From Candidatus Obscuribacterales bacterium (GTDB taxonomy: Bacteria; Cyanobacteriota; Vampirovibrionia; Obscuribacterales; Obscuribacteraceae), in NCBI GenBank assembly GCA_965228855.1, contig CBDDIJ010000003.1:3008001-3072000 (forward strand): DNA of 64,000 nucleotides, in the 5' to 3' direction. The notes beneath the pieces were generated by a model. It was not told the origin of the DNA and did no database searches. It worked only from the letters and a program-made list of their open reading frames with translations. Numbering within the stretch: the first letter of the stretch is position 1; each line of letters starts with the position of its first letter. Positions 19,412-29,295 of this stretch are shown one piece after another. The translations under genes were made by a program, and so were the position numbers.

Positions 19412-21952
19412 GTGCCGAGTTCAGATATAAAAGCGCTACGCTCCTGGAAAAGTTTTGTCCTAGACTTTCGCCGGGAGTTTGAAACAACAAATCGCTGCCC
19501 CGGCAGCGTCGATTCTTTGTCTATGCTGTTGCTGAGCCTGGCGGTCAAACAGTCGCCAGCAAGAAACAGTTCAAAAGCTTCGGCAACTTATGAAGCCGAG
19601 CGAATTCATACCGCCACCAGGCGCTGCATGCCGAAAAACTTCAATTTCGAATTGACGAATTGTACAGCCGGCAATGCATCTCTTTTCGAGTCGATTTTGA
19701 CCGCACTGGATAGATACAGCGTCGTCAGTCACCCGTTTGCCTTCGGATACACTTATCAATTCTGGCGCGACAGCGAGCGCAAAATTGCACAGGCAGAATT
19801 GCAATCCGCAGCGAAAAGCATTGACACAAAAAATCTAATTGCGTTCACTCAAATCTACACGCCGGAGTGGGTGGTAGAGTTCATTCTCGCGAACACAGTT
19901 TTGCCGCTGGTGTCGAACTCGAACAGATCTAGGCTGGCCCTATCGAAGTGGCTTATCCCGGGCGCCTCAAGCGATGGACAGTTTAAAACAGTGTCATCGC
20001 TATCCATTCTCGATCCAGCTGCCGGAGCCGGAAACTTTTTGTTGACCGCATTTGACACGTTGATGGAACTGCACGCGCTTGAAGGTCGCAAGCCGGCAGA
20101 ATCCATAGCGAAAATTTTCGAATCACAGTTACACGGCTGCGATATCGATAACCTGGCTCTTTCGGTTTGCGCACTGAATCTGGTGGCAAAGGCTCTTCGC
20201 TACGAACCTGACAGTTCACTACCATTGATAAAAGGACTGGCTCTGGCGACCCCGCATGAAGACGCTCTTTTAGGCTCATTATCCAAACACTTTTCTGGTC
20301 TCCACCCACTAGCTAAACAGCACGACGTTGTAATTACCAATCCTCCATACATAGGGCGCAAGCTCATTAGCAGGGATCTGAAGACTCGCCTCAAAAGCCA
20401 GTATCCGAAGTCCCACCATGATCTCAGCACCGCATTTTTCGAGCGTTCGCTTGGACTTCTGAAGCCTGGTGGACGGACCGGTTTAATTACCCAGGCTTCG
20501 ATTTTGTTTCTTCCCAGTCATAAACTCATGCGGGAGGTCATCCTCGACGAATATCGCTTGAAGAGCGTTGTTGACGCAGGTCCCGGCGTGTTTCCCTTGC
20601 AGAGCGGCGAAAAGGTAAACAGCGCTGTTTTGATCGTTGAAAAGCCTGATGCAGGAACTCTCGAACAAAAGCACGAATCATGGTTTTTCAACATAAAGGA
20701 TAAACATGATAAGGAACTCGAACTTTGCCAACAGTTGTCTCGCGTTAAATCTCCTGACCGAGGTACAGAGAGCAGTCCAATTTCGCTCAATCCATCAACG
20801 TTTCGACAATTTCATGGTAGCGCTTTCAGTTATTTCATTCCCACAGCGATTACCGAACTTCTGACGCGCGCGGCACCACTGGAAAGCATTGCCGACATCA
20901 GACAGGGACTAGCCACCACGGACAACGATCGCTTCGTCAAATTCGTCTGGCAAGTTCCGGAAAACGAACTTGGCTTGCGCTGGTTCCCATACGCCAAAGG
21001 CGCGGGTGGACAGCGTTTTCAAAGCCCGATCAGGCATGTTGTTAACTGGCAGAACGACGGCGCAGAAATCAAAACGGAAGTCGCTCGGCGCTACCCGTAC
21101 CTGAAAGGAAACACTGCCTGGGTCGTCAAAAATGAAGCGTTCTACTTCAAAGAGGGTTTGTGCTTTTCATTCGTGAACACTCGAGGCATCGCAGTTCGCA
21201 GACTGCCTGCCAACTGCATTTTCGATGTCGGTGCATCTGCGATATTCAGCGATGAGAACGACTTTTTACTCGCATATTTAAACTCGTCACTCATGGTGGC
21301 AATCGCAAATTCGTTAAATCCAACCATCAACTATCAAGTGGGCGATCTAAAACGCTTGCCGATCTTCGACTTTGCAGTTGAAACAAAACAGAAGCTCGCA
21401 GAACTCGCCAACCTCTGCGCAAACAGCAAAGAAGAGCTCAGCGCCTTGCTGGACCCAACCTCATGGTTCCGCTCGCCGAGGCACGCAAACGCTCCGCTCG
21501 GACATTCTATATATTCTCGAGTGGATGAAACCGACCTCGCCGGAGCACAGAATGAGTTTATCCAGAAAGTAAGCGAACTCAAATTGCACATCAGTGAATC
21601 AGAAGAGGAAATAGATAACATCGTGCTCAGTGCGGTTTCGACGGCGGAACGCTGGGATGAAGCTACGATGCAAAAGGTGATCGATTGGATTCGTTCGTTC
21701 CAAAGCAATCGGTCATCAGATCAGCCGACAGAAACACCGGATTCAGGAGAGCTTGCCGAACGCTTCATCGACAACCTCATTGTTAAAGCCCACCTGGAAT
21801 CGCCTTCGAACGAGCAGCGCCTTCCCATTGCTCTACAGCAGGCAATCGAAAAGCATACCGGCCGCGGCTTCCCAACCTACATGGCGGAGAAAGCGACGCC
21901 TCGAATAGGCAGGATGTTTTTCGGAGTACCGCCCGCACCATTCTCAGCCTGA
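19412..21952 (+). CDS. Eco57I/PglX-like N6-adenine DNA methyltransferase (short, orphan)
   Basis: TQIYTPEWVV, ILDPAAGAGNFL (motif I), NPPY (motif IV), RQGLATTDNDRF and WFPYAKG blocks resemble BREX-1 PglX. Confidence 0.8.
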   Translation: MPSSDIKALRSWKSFVLDFRREFETTNRCPGSVDSLSMLLLSLAVKQSPARNSSKASATYEAERIHTATRRCMPKNFNFELTNCTAGNASLFESILTALDRYSVVSHPFAFGYTYQFWRDSERKIAQAELQSAAKSIDTKNLIAFTQIYTPEWVVEFILANTVLPLVSNSNRSRLALSKWLIPGASSDGQFKTVSSLSILDPAAGAGNFLLTAFDTLMELHALEGRKPAESIAKIFESQLHGCDIDNLALSVCALNLVAKALRYEPDSSLPLIKGLALATPHEDALLGSLSKHFSGLHPLAKQHDVVITNPPYIGRKLISRDLKTRLKSQYPKSHHDLSTAFFERSLGLLKPGGRTGLITQASILFLPSHKLMREVILDEYRLKSVVDAGPGVFPLQSGEKVNSAVLIVEKPDAGTLEQKHESWFFNIKDKHDKELELCQQLSRVKSPDRGTESSPISLNPSTFRQFHGSAFSYFIPTAITELLTRAAPLESIADIRQGLATTDNDRFVKFVWQVPENELGLRWFPYAKGAGGQRFQSPIRHVVNWQNDGAEIKTEVARRYPYLKGNTAWVVKNEAFYFKEGLCFSFVNTRGIAVRRLPANCIFDVGASAIFSDENDFLLAYLNSSLMVAIANSLNPTINYQVGDLKRLPIFDFAVETKQKLAELANLCANSKEELSALLDPTSWFRSPRHANAPLGHSIYSRVDETDLAGAQNEFIQKVSELKLHISESEEEIDNIVLSAVSTAERWDEATMQKVIDWIRSFQSNRSSDQPTETPDSGELAERFIDNLIVKAHLESPSNEQRLPIALQQAIEKHTGRGFPTYMAEKATPRIGRMFFGVPPAPFSA

Positions 21953-22034
21953 TCACTAAATTCCCTTGACAGTGGGAATGGATATTAATACGCTCGACTC
22001 TTAAGCATCTGCCTGGGGGAGATACCGGAAGCGC

Positions 22035-23837
22035 ATGTTTCGGATTATTCTCATAGTCGTAATTGTCATCGGACTCGTGGCACTTGTTGCGCGGGCTCTC
22101 ATTAATCCGGCACTAGTTTCAAACACGGCAGTGAGCCCCTCCTTGTCGGAAGGAGACATCATATTGATCAACCGCGCGGCAAGACTTTCGAACCAGCCGC
22201 TGAAACGATTTGAGTTGGTCGCAATTATCCCGCCTTATGTAAATGGAAAACCTTATACGCCTGACGATTCAATTGCATCCACGGTTACGGACTTTACCGG
22301 AATTCCGCTAGGAGAAGCTCCTGTTCTGGATGTTCGCAGAGTGATTGCTCTGCCGGGAGAAACAGTGGTGATGCGGAAAGAACTCGGAATTTTCATCGAC
22401 GGCAAACTACTCGATGAATCGTCCTACACGAGAGATCAACCGGACACCGACCTCTTCGTGCTTGCAGATATCACTAGACATTCAGCCTTCGGCGGAGAAC
22501 TTCAATCCCTGGAGACAAGTGACGCACCAATCACGGTGCCCAAAGATGCGGTCTTCGTCCTTCCGGACGATCGGAGAAACTTTGCTGGTAGCGAGCGCTG
22601 GGGATTCCTGAGCGGTCCGCGGATCGTTGGGTCAGTCGACTATAAAGTATCTCAAAAGGGAATTACTGCAGTCCTCGTTCCTAAACTTATCTTCGCGACC
22701 GAAAAAGTTGCAATCAACGACGACGGCGTCCGAGCGCTCGAGAGCGGCGAATACACCAAGGCAATTCATCTCTTCAAGTCAGCTCTGGCGATCGACAACA
22801 ATTTCGAGCTGGCGCGAGACAATTTGAGTATCGCTTACAACAACTTCGCCATTAAGTCCGCGGGCAAGCCGGAAGTTGCCCTGGACAGCCTGCACAAGGC
22901 ACTGTTCATTGACCCTGACAATGAGTTGACGAAGAAGAATCTCGCAGGAATTCTCAAGCGCATAGGCAAAGACGCAACGAATTACGATGACCGTATCTCA
23001 CTTGCAGAAGACGCAGAAAAGCACGGAAAAACCATCAGCGCACTGGTCGAGTATCGCGCTGCAGTTAAGCTCAAGCCCAACGCAGATGCCCTGGCAAAAG
23101 TTTCTGAGCTTGAGCAAAAGTGCAAATTCCCGGCACACGCCATTCCAGAAGACCTTGTCGCTACCGCGCAAACGTCCAAAGTTCGCCAGAGTCCTGACAT
23201 CACGATAAAGGCACCGGCGAAGTCAACGTCAGCGAAACCTGCTGAGACAAAACCAGTAGTGGCGAAACCAGAGACGGCAAATGCGCTTGACGCGAAACCT
23301 GAAACTCCAAAGCCGATGTCGACGAACACGGCTGAAACGAAAATTGAGACGACCAAAGCCGTGACGGCAAAAACACCTGACACGAAACCAGAGCCGAAGA
23401 AAGCGACGATTACAAAACCTGTTGATGCGAAACCGGAATCCGCAAAAATCGTGACGTCGAAACCTGTCGTCGAGAAACCTGTTGTCGCGCAACCTGTTGT
23501 CGTGAAACCTGTTGCCGCAAAACCTGTTGCCGCAAAACCTGTTGCCGCAAAACCTGTTGTCGCAAAACCTGTTGTCGCAAAACCTCAATCAGAAAAACCT
23601 GCTGAGACGAAACCTGTAGCCGCGGTGGAGCCCGAATTCACGCCAACGAATAGATCTTTCGAGGCTTCGGTGATACCAGCTTCGGTGCCCACGGTGGAAC
23701 CAGAGGTCCAATCAAAACCCAACGAGGGTGGCATAGAGGGTTTCTTCCACAACATCGAAGCCGCAATAACAAAGAAACCTGCCACTCAAACAGGCAAAGG
23801 ATACCGTGGTCCGCCACTCCTGAAGAAAACGCCGTGA
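22035..23837 (+). CDS. Signal peptidase I-like (degenerate) + TPR + Pro/Lys-rich tail fusion
   Basis: TM anchor, S26 boxes AVSPSLSEGD / RRVIALPGE / VPKDAVFVLPDDR..SERWG, then TPRs (INDDGVRALESGEYTKAI) and KPVAA repeats. Confidence 0.8.
   Translation: MFRIILIVVIVIGLVALVARALINPALVSNTAVSPSLSEGDIILINRAARLSNQPLKRFELVAIIPPYVNGKPYTPDDSIASTVTDFTGIPLGEAPVLDVRRVIALPGETVVMRKELGIFIDGKLLDESSYTRDQPDTDLFVLADITRHSAFGGELQSLETSDAPITVPKDAVFVLPDDRRNFAGSERWGFLSGPRIVGSVDYKVSQKGITAVLVPKLIFATEKVAINDDGVRALESGEYTKAIHLFKSALAIDNNFELARDNLSIAYNNFAIKSAGKPEVALDSLHKALFIDPDNELTKKNLAGILKRIGKDATNYDDRISLAEDAEKHGKTISALVEYRAAVKLKPNADALAKVSELEQKCKFPAHAIPEDLVATAQTSKVRQSPDITIKAPAKSTSAKPAETKPVVAKPETANALDAKPETPKPMSTNTAETKIETTKAVTAKTPDTKPEPKKATITKPVDAKPESAKIVTSKPVVEKPVVAQPVVVKPVAAKPVAAKPVAAKPVVAKPVVAKPQSEKPAETKPVAAVEPEFTPTNRSFEASVIPASVPTVEPEVQSKPNEGGIEGFFHNIEAAITKKPATQTGKGYRGPPLLKKTP
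23460..23585 (+). repeat. 15-bp coding tandem repeat x8 (KPV[VA][AEV])
   Basis: AAACCTGTTG(C/T)CGCA units read directly from the sequence. Confidence 0.95.
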
Positions 23838-23897
23838 AATAGTTCACCACGTATTCATTACACAGTTGAACTGTCTGAGCTGTTTCCGAACTGACCC

Positions 23898-24632
23898 TCA
23901 GTAGTTCTCGCGAACCTTCTCATAGTCGTTCTTCACCCAGCTATATCCAGGCGTTACATTATGCGCGGCGATGTAGTCGGCTTCAAAGCTAACTGACGGT
24001 CGCTGTGATTTAGATGGAAACGTCAATCCGGGATTTCCGTTCAAACTCTCGATTACAGACCGCAGCTTGTTGTCGAAACGACTGCTGCCACTCGGGTTGA
24101 GAAAAGCGATCTGGATGTTTCGGTTTCTATCGACGCTCACGCGAACCGTCGCACGTCCAGGCTCATCGGCAACGGAACTCCATCTTTCATAGATAGCCTG
24201 AGAAAACTGTTTGTGCCATTTTTCCCAAGCCAGAGTCAACTCTTTAGAGTTCCGCTCTGCGCCTAGATCGAATCCGCGCGGCAACTTAAAATCGTCCTTC
24301 TGCACGATTCCCAGTCTGGGTTCATCCTGCCGTGCATTGCCACTAAGAGCAGGTTTGAACGCGGAGGTGTCAACCAAACCGGCAGATGCCCTGTAGTTCT
24401 CCACAGGACGCACTAGCCGTGGTGGCGCAAGAGGCGGTCCGTCGTCGACCGAGGGAACATTAGCTCCGGCTGGTCGCGAGAGACGAGTGTACATTCCGTC
24501 TTTGCTGATGTTCCCCTGTAACATCTCTGCATTAGCCGGCACTGCTACTGATACCACGGTCGCCAACGCGATGCTAATCGACAAAAATTTCTTGACTAAC
24601 TCAATTCCTATCATGGCGCATTTACCAATCAT
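23898..24632 (-). CDS. Secreted protein with TonB-C-terminal-like domain
   Basis: Signal peptide (ANA|E); IYERW...GRATVRVSVDRNRNI...PSGSSRFD resembles TonB_C/TolA-type folds. Confidence 0.6.
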   Translation of the reverse strand: MIGKCAMIGIELVKKFLSISIALATVVSVAVPANAEMLQGNISKDGMYTRLSRPAGANVPSVDDGPPLAPPRLVRPVENYRASAGLVDTSAFKPALSGNARQDEPRLGIVQKDDFKLPRGFDLGAERNSKELTLAWEKWHKQFSQAIYERWSSVADEPGRATVRVSVDRNRNIQIAFLNPSGSSRFDNKLRSVIESLNGNPGLTFPSKSQRPSVSFEADYIAAHNVTPGYSWVKNDYEKVRENY

Positions 24633-24727
24633 TGCCTTGCCCAGGACTCGTCAAACGTGCTGTCCTTCAATAGTTTTATAGACTGGGATCAATCGCGAAG
24701 GTTCCCGACTGAACCCGTTTTCAGCAA

Positions 24728-25840
24728 TTATCGACCGCTGAAGTAGCCGAGCATTCCGCCCAGGATAGCGCCCTGTATAGCGCCACGCTTCATGCCACCG
24801 CGAGTGCTGGCCGCGAACAATGCTCCGGCTGCAGCACCCATCGCTCCACCGGCAACTGCGCGCTTGAGCCGCGAGCCACTTCCACTTCCGTAAGACGCAG
24901 TCACACCACCGTCGAAGAATCTACCGATGCCGCGGCCACCTCCGCCGTTTGAACCGAATGATTCTCCGGAGCCCGAGAACGGCGTGATCTGTCCGGCAGG
25001 CGAATCATCACTCTGACTGTCCATTGGTGAAGAAGGTGTCATAGGCGTTACAGGCGATTGCGGAGCGCTGGCGATGCTGTTTAAATCTCCCAACGCATTG
25101 CGATACAACTGACTGCTTGGGTCAATCGACATCGCGCGACCGAACGCAGTACGAGCTTTGTTAGTGTCACCCTTTGCTTTGTATGCTTGTCCCAACGCGT
25201 ACTGAACGTCCGGGTCCGAAGGCGCATCGGCAGCGACTTTCTCTAACTTTCTAACGGCTTCTGAGAAATTGCCGCTCTTGTAATCCGCAGAAGCGCTGGA
25301 TACCATCTGGCGCAGATCATCTCTGTGCTGAGCAGCTTGATTAGCTTGCTCCGCCTTCTTCGCCTCAGCGATCTTAGCCGTGCGGTCTTGCGCAACTTTA
25401 TTTCGCAACGAAGCGACCGTATCACGCAGCTCAGGGTCGCTGGGATTGAGCGACTGGGCGCGCGTGTAGTTGTCCAAAGCCGCTTGTAGATCGCCTTTGC
25501 CCTCGTACAATACGCCTAGATTGAAGTATGCATCCGCGTTGTTCTTATCCACGAGCAACACGCGTTTAAACAGCTTCTCGGCACCGGCTACATCGCCGGA
25601 GCTGTACTTCTCCATGGCAGTTTGCAGTAGACCCGCGGCGGGTGATTTAGGTTCCTCACCGTAATTCTTTGATACCGCCACTGGTGCCTGAGGAACCGGC
25701 ACTTCATCAAGCTGCGGTGTCTGCATCATCAAATTTCCGAGGTTGGATGCTGCGTAAGCACAGCTTGCATTTCCGAAAATCAACATCGCGGATTGTGCTA
25801 AGCACAGCGTTGCAGTTCCCAATCTTCGTTTCGCATTCAT
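24728..25840 (-). CDS. Secreted TPR protein with C-terminal glycine zipper
   Basis: NADAYFNLGVLY and DVQYALGQAY TPRs; C-terminal GGAMGAAAGA...GAILGGMLG. Confidence 0.85.
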   Translation of the reverse strand: MNAKRRLGTATLCLAQSAMLIFGNASCAYAASNLGNLMMQTPQLDEVPVPQAPVAVSKNYGEEPKSPAAGLLQTAMEKYSSGDVAGAEKLFKRVLLVDKNNADAYFNLGVLYEGKGDLQAALDNYTRAQSLNPSDPELRDTVASLRNKVAQDRTAKIAEAKKAEQANQAAQHRDDLRQMVSSASADYKSGNFSEAVRKLEKVAADAPSDPDVQYALGQAYKAKGDTNKARTAFGRAMSIDPSSQLYRNALGDLNSIASAPQSPVTPMTPSSPMDSQSDDSPAGQITPFSGSGESFGSNGGGGRGIGRFFDGGVTASYGSGSGSRLKRAVAGGAMGAAAGALFAASTRGGMKRGAIQGAILGGMLGYFSGR

Positions 25841-26051
25841 CACCTGGCACCCCGACAATTTGCCAAAATTGGCACGCGTTGCTTAAAATCCAACTGCGTT
25901 GCGTCCACAGAAGTGAATGACGCCACCGCCAAAACTTTGTTCCGCGAAAATCGCGGCATCTGAAGGCAGTACCTGATCGCAACTTCCAAACCCTCAAGGT
26001 CTTTCTCGAGTGTTTCATGTTGGATCATGGAGTCGGACTTATACTAACAAC

Positions 26052-26972
26052 ATGAGCTCAAGTCGAATTTTTCAAACAGCACTCGCCGCTTCCGTGACAT
26101 TTGTTAGCGTTTTCCAGCCTCCGAACGCTCACGGTGCGCCCGGTAACGCAACTCCGCCTCCGCCGGTAAAGCCAGTTGTTCAAACTGCCGCAAATTCCTC
26201 CGCACCAGCTCAGACTCAAAAACCTATAAATCTCATGGGTGCTTATGGCACACCCAACACCTTGAAATTTGGTCCGCTGCGTATTGTCGGCACGACTCTC
26301 ACCTATGTGTTTCCGGGACGGCAAGCCGACAAATGCGGTTTGCGTCGCGGAGATGTCGTTGTAAAAGTCAATCGGCAGGCTACCCCTGACCCGGCGAAAT
26401 TCGACGCTGTGATGAAGGAATTCCGGGGTTCGACAAAGATTGTCGAGTATTTCAGGCACAATGGTCGACGGTACGAAATCAAAACCACACAGATTAACGA
26501 AGGCAAGGCCTGGAATCCGCCTGCAAATGGGCAGGCGCAGGTGAAGAAGGTTCCGCAGCACGAATTGGAGCGCTACATGCTGCTCCTCGTTGATGGTGAT
26601 AGAAACAAAAATGGAGTCCCCGGTGCTCTGCGCATCAGCGAAGGACTCAGCCACATGGCGAGAACATACGCCGATGACATGGCGAAACGCGATTTCATGG
26701 GTCACAAAGATCCTGAAGGACGTGGACCGTGGGAGAGAGCCAAACTTTGCGGCATCAAGACCATTAACATTCGAGAGAACTGCGCGTACCCGTTCCCACA
26801 ACCCGACTCGTTTGCCATGGTGCGAAATGGAGAGTCAGATTTGATGGCATCACCGGAACATCGCGAGTCGATTCTCTATCCGAGCAACGTGTGCGTAGGC
26901 ATCGGAATTGCTTATAGAAAAGATGGCGGCTTGATGGTTGTCCAGGTTTTTAGCTCTGACCCAGTTCCATAA
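26052..26972 (+). CDS. Secreted PDZ + CAP/SCP domain protein
   Basis: VFPGRQADKCGLRRGDVVVKVN (PDZ); ADDMAKRDFMGH, REN, LMASPEHRESIL, VGIGI (CAP). Confidence 0.85.
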   Translation: MSSSRIFQTALAASVTFVSVFQPPNAHGAPGNATPPPPVKPVVQTAANSSAPAQTQKPINLMGAYGTPNTLKFGPLRIVGTTLTYVFPGRQADKCGLRRGDVVVKVNRQATPDPAKFDAVMKEFRGSTKIVEYFRHNGRRYEIKTTQINEGKAWNPPANGQAQVKKVPQHELERYMLLLVDGDRNKNGVPGALRISEGLSHMARTYADDMAKRDFMGHKDPEGRGPWERAKLCGIKTINIRENCAYPFPQPDSFAMVRNGESDLMASPEHRESILYPSNVCVGIGIAYRKDGGLMVVQVFSSDPVP

Positions 26973-27106
26973 GCGCGAAAGCTCTACGACCAGTAATGCG
27001 ATCCTGCAAATCGCTGCAACATTCGGACTTTACGAGCTGTTACCCGGGTGTTTTTTATGTTTGGGGCGGGTATGTTGACTGTGGGTGGTCGCGCAGCTGA
27101 GTGCAT

Positions 27107-29293
27107 ATGGCCGATTTCGTACTTCGACCGAGCAAACAGAAAACGATTATGCGCTGCCTGCTTCTGGCCTCGCCGATCTTCCTTTTCCACCCGCTGATGC
27201 AATTTATGCAAGGCATCCTGGTTCCAGGTCTGCCTCCCGTGCCGTACGTATTCAATCTGTGGATTATGGGGGCACCATACATCTATTTCTTCGCGCTTTT
27301 GTCATGCTTCTTCGAGCGCATTCGCATAAAGGACGGCAATCTCGAGTACGGTCTGCTTGGACTGGAAAAGGTTCCGCTCTCTCGTATCGCGGAGGTTGGC
27401 GGAGATGAAGGCGATGTCGGCAATGACTTCAACGAAAGCATACTCATCAAATTTGACAGCAAGGACTCTACAAAAGGGCTTGTTCTGCCGATCAAAGCAT
27501 ATGATGAACACGAACTGCGAGCCTTCCTGAATACGCTTCGCGAGCAGAATCCAGCCGGAGAATACACGTATCAGGACGTAATTCCATTCGAATCACGCGG
27601 TCTAATCCGTTTTCTCTCGAGCATGAACGATTCAGATTCGCTGATTGTAAAACTGAGCAAGACACCGATGGAAGATGCCATCATCAACCTGGTGAAAGGG
27701 CACGAACGCATTTTCTGGTTTGCCTATCTGGTGTTCTGGCTGCTCGTGTTGTTCTCCGCATCATACTACTGCATCTTGTTCAATGAGAGTTGGTCGCAGA
27801 ACATGGTCACGCCAGTCTGGGACACCTCGCAAGACACCAGACGAGCAGCGGTTTTTCTGGACGCCGCTCAGAGAAATCCAGATTCTAATTGGTTCGACCT
27901 CATCTTTGCTAATGTCGGTCTGGCATATGCTGTTGGAGTCGACTTTATTGCCACAAGCGGTTTAGCGACACTGATATCGGTTTGGTCGCTGGGTGCCTTC
28001 ATGATGGCGGTCGTATTGCCTATTGCAAAGTTGTTGTCTCCCACCTATTTGTTTATCGACTCAAAATCCATCGGTATGCGCGAGCACTTCTACCAATGGC
28101 AAAGCGTGACCGAAGTGACACTCGAGAAGATAGGCGTGATGGGCGATCCGCTAGAAGGACGCTTAGTAATGTCAACCACCTCCGGAGCGCGTTTCAACTT
28201 CGACTTGACCACTGTGCCCGATGTGCAAAAGCGTCAACGCATCTTGCGCCTCGTTGATAGATACGCTGTCAATGCGACTTTCAATGGTGAGTTTATGCGG
28301 ACGACGAACATGCTGGTAGACATTCAGTTCACCGACCTATGGCTGGAAGAGCAGGGAGAAACCTCGAAAGTCGAAGCGACGGCGGAAGTCGACACGCTCG
28401 GAAAAGGGCTCTACAAGATAGACTCGATGCTGGGGTACGGAGGGCAGGGTGTAACGTACCTGGCATCGCTTGCCACTGCCGGCGGTGATGGTTTCAATTC
28501 AAGAAACGAACAGGTCGTGATCAAAGAGTTGGTTTTGCCCAATTATGCGGATGTTCGAATAATGCAAGATGCGACCAGTCGCTTTGAGCGCGGCGCCAGC
28601 TTACTGAAGGAGCTTGGACATCCCAAGGTCGTCAAGCTCATCGACTCATTCTTGGAAAACGGGAAGGCGTATCTTGTGATGGAGTATGTGCAGGGCGAGA
28701 CATTGCGCGACTTTATCGAGAAACGCGGCGCGATGCCATTCACCGAGGCAAAACAGCTCGGACTGCAGCTCTGCGAAATTTTGGAATACCTGCACGAACG
28801 AGAAACGCCTGTGATTCACTGCGACTTCGCACCGGACAATTTGATTATTACTCCCAGCGGAGAAGTTAAGCTTATCGACTTTGACGTCGCGCGAGTGGTC
28901 GACAACAAGGCGCATACGTTTATAGCAGGTCGACCGTCTTACACTCCGCCGGAGCAGTTTCGCGGTCAGCCGACCACTCAAAGCGATTTGTTTGCACTGG
29001 GTGCCATTCTTCATTACCTGATTCAGGGTAAAGATCCACCGCCATTGTGCGCGGGCAGCAGCGATGAAGAAACAGTTTGGAACTCAACAGGGGTAGAAGA
29101 ATTGATTCAGCAATGCTGTCAATTCGAAGCAGGAGATCGACCTGGCTCCGCTCGCGAAATCAAAGAATCGCTTTTGAGATGCGAGATTCAATTTGGACAC
29201 GATGGTACAAACGCTCCTACCGTCAGCGTCTCGGTCGAAGAAGAAGCCTCGCACCGATTACACGTTCCACAACGTGTAGAGGAGAACGCATAA
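27107..29293 (+). CDS. Membrane Ser/Thr protein kinase (N-terminal TMs, C-terminal Hanks domain)
   Basis: LGYGGQGVTY, VVIKE, IHCDFAPDN, LIDFD, YTPPEQ, SDLFALG. Confidence 0.9.
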   Translation: MADFVLRPSKQKTIMRCLLLASPIFLFHPLMQFMQGILVPGLPPVPYVFNLWIMGAPYIYFFALLSCFFERIRIKDGNLEYGLLGLEKVPLSRIAEVGGDEGDVGNDFNESILIKFDSKDSTKGLVLPIKAYDEHELRAFLNTLREQNPAGEYTYQDVIPFESRGLIRFLSSMNDSDSLIVKLSKTPMEDAIINLVKGHERIFWFAYLVFWLLVLFSASYYCILFNESWSQNMVTPVWDTSQDTRRAAVFLDAAQRNPDSNWFDLIFANVGLAYAVGVDFIATSGLATLISVWSLGAFMMAVVLPIAKLLSPTYLFIDSKSIGMREHFYQWQSVTEVTLEKIGVMGDPLEGRLVMSTTSGARFNFDLTTVPDVQKRQRILRLVDRYAVNATFNGEFMRTTNMLVDIQFTDLWLEEQGETSKVEATAEVDTLGKGLYKIDSMLGYGGQGVTYLASLATAGGDGFNSRNEQVVIKELVLPNYADVRIMQDATSRFERGASLLKELGHPKVVKLIDSFLENGKAYLVMEYVQGETLRDFIEKRGAMPFTEAKQLGLQLCEILEYLHERETPVIHCDFAPDNLIITPSGEVKLIDFDVARVVDNKAHTFIAGRPSYTPPEQFRGQPTTQSDLFALGAILHYLIQGKDPPPLCAGSSDEETVWNSTGVEELIQQCCQFEAGDRPGSAREIKESLLRCEIQFGHDGTNAPTVSVSVEEEASHRLHVPQRVEENA

Positions 29294-29295
29294 CG

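Noticed and set aside
19412..21952. Complete BREX or restriction-modification system
   Set aside because: No brxA/B/C/L, pglZ or endonuclease gene is adjacent.
22035..23837. TraF-like pilin maturase for the duplicated pilins
   Set aside because: It lies about 28 kb away in an unrelated neighbourhood and the catalytic residues appear lost.
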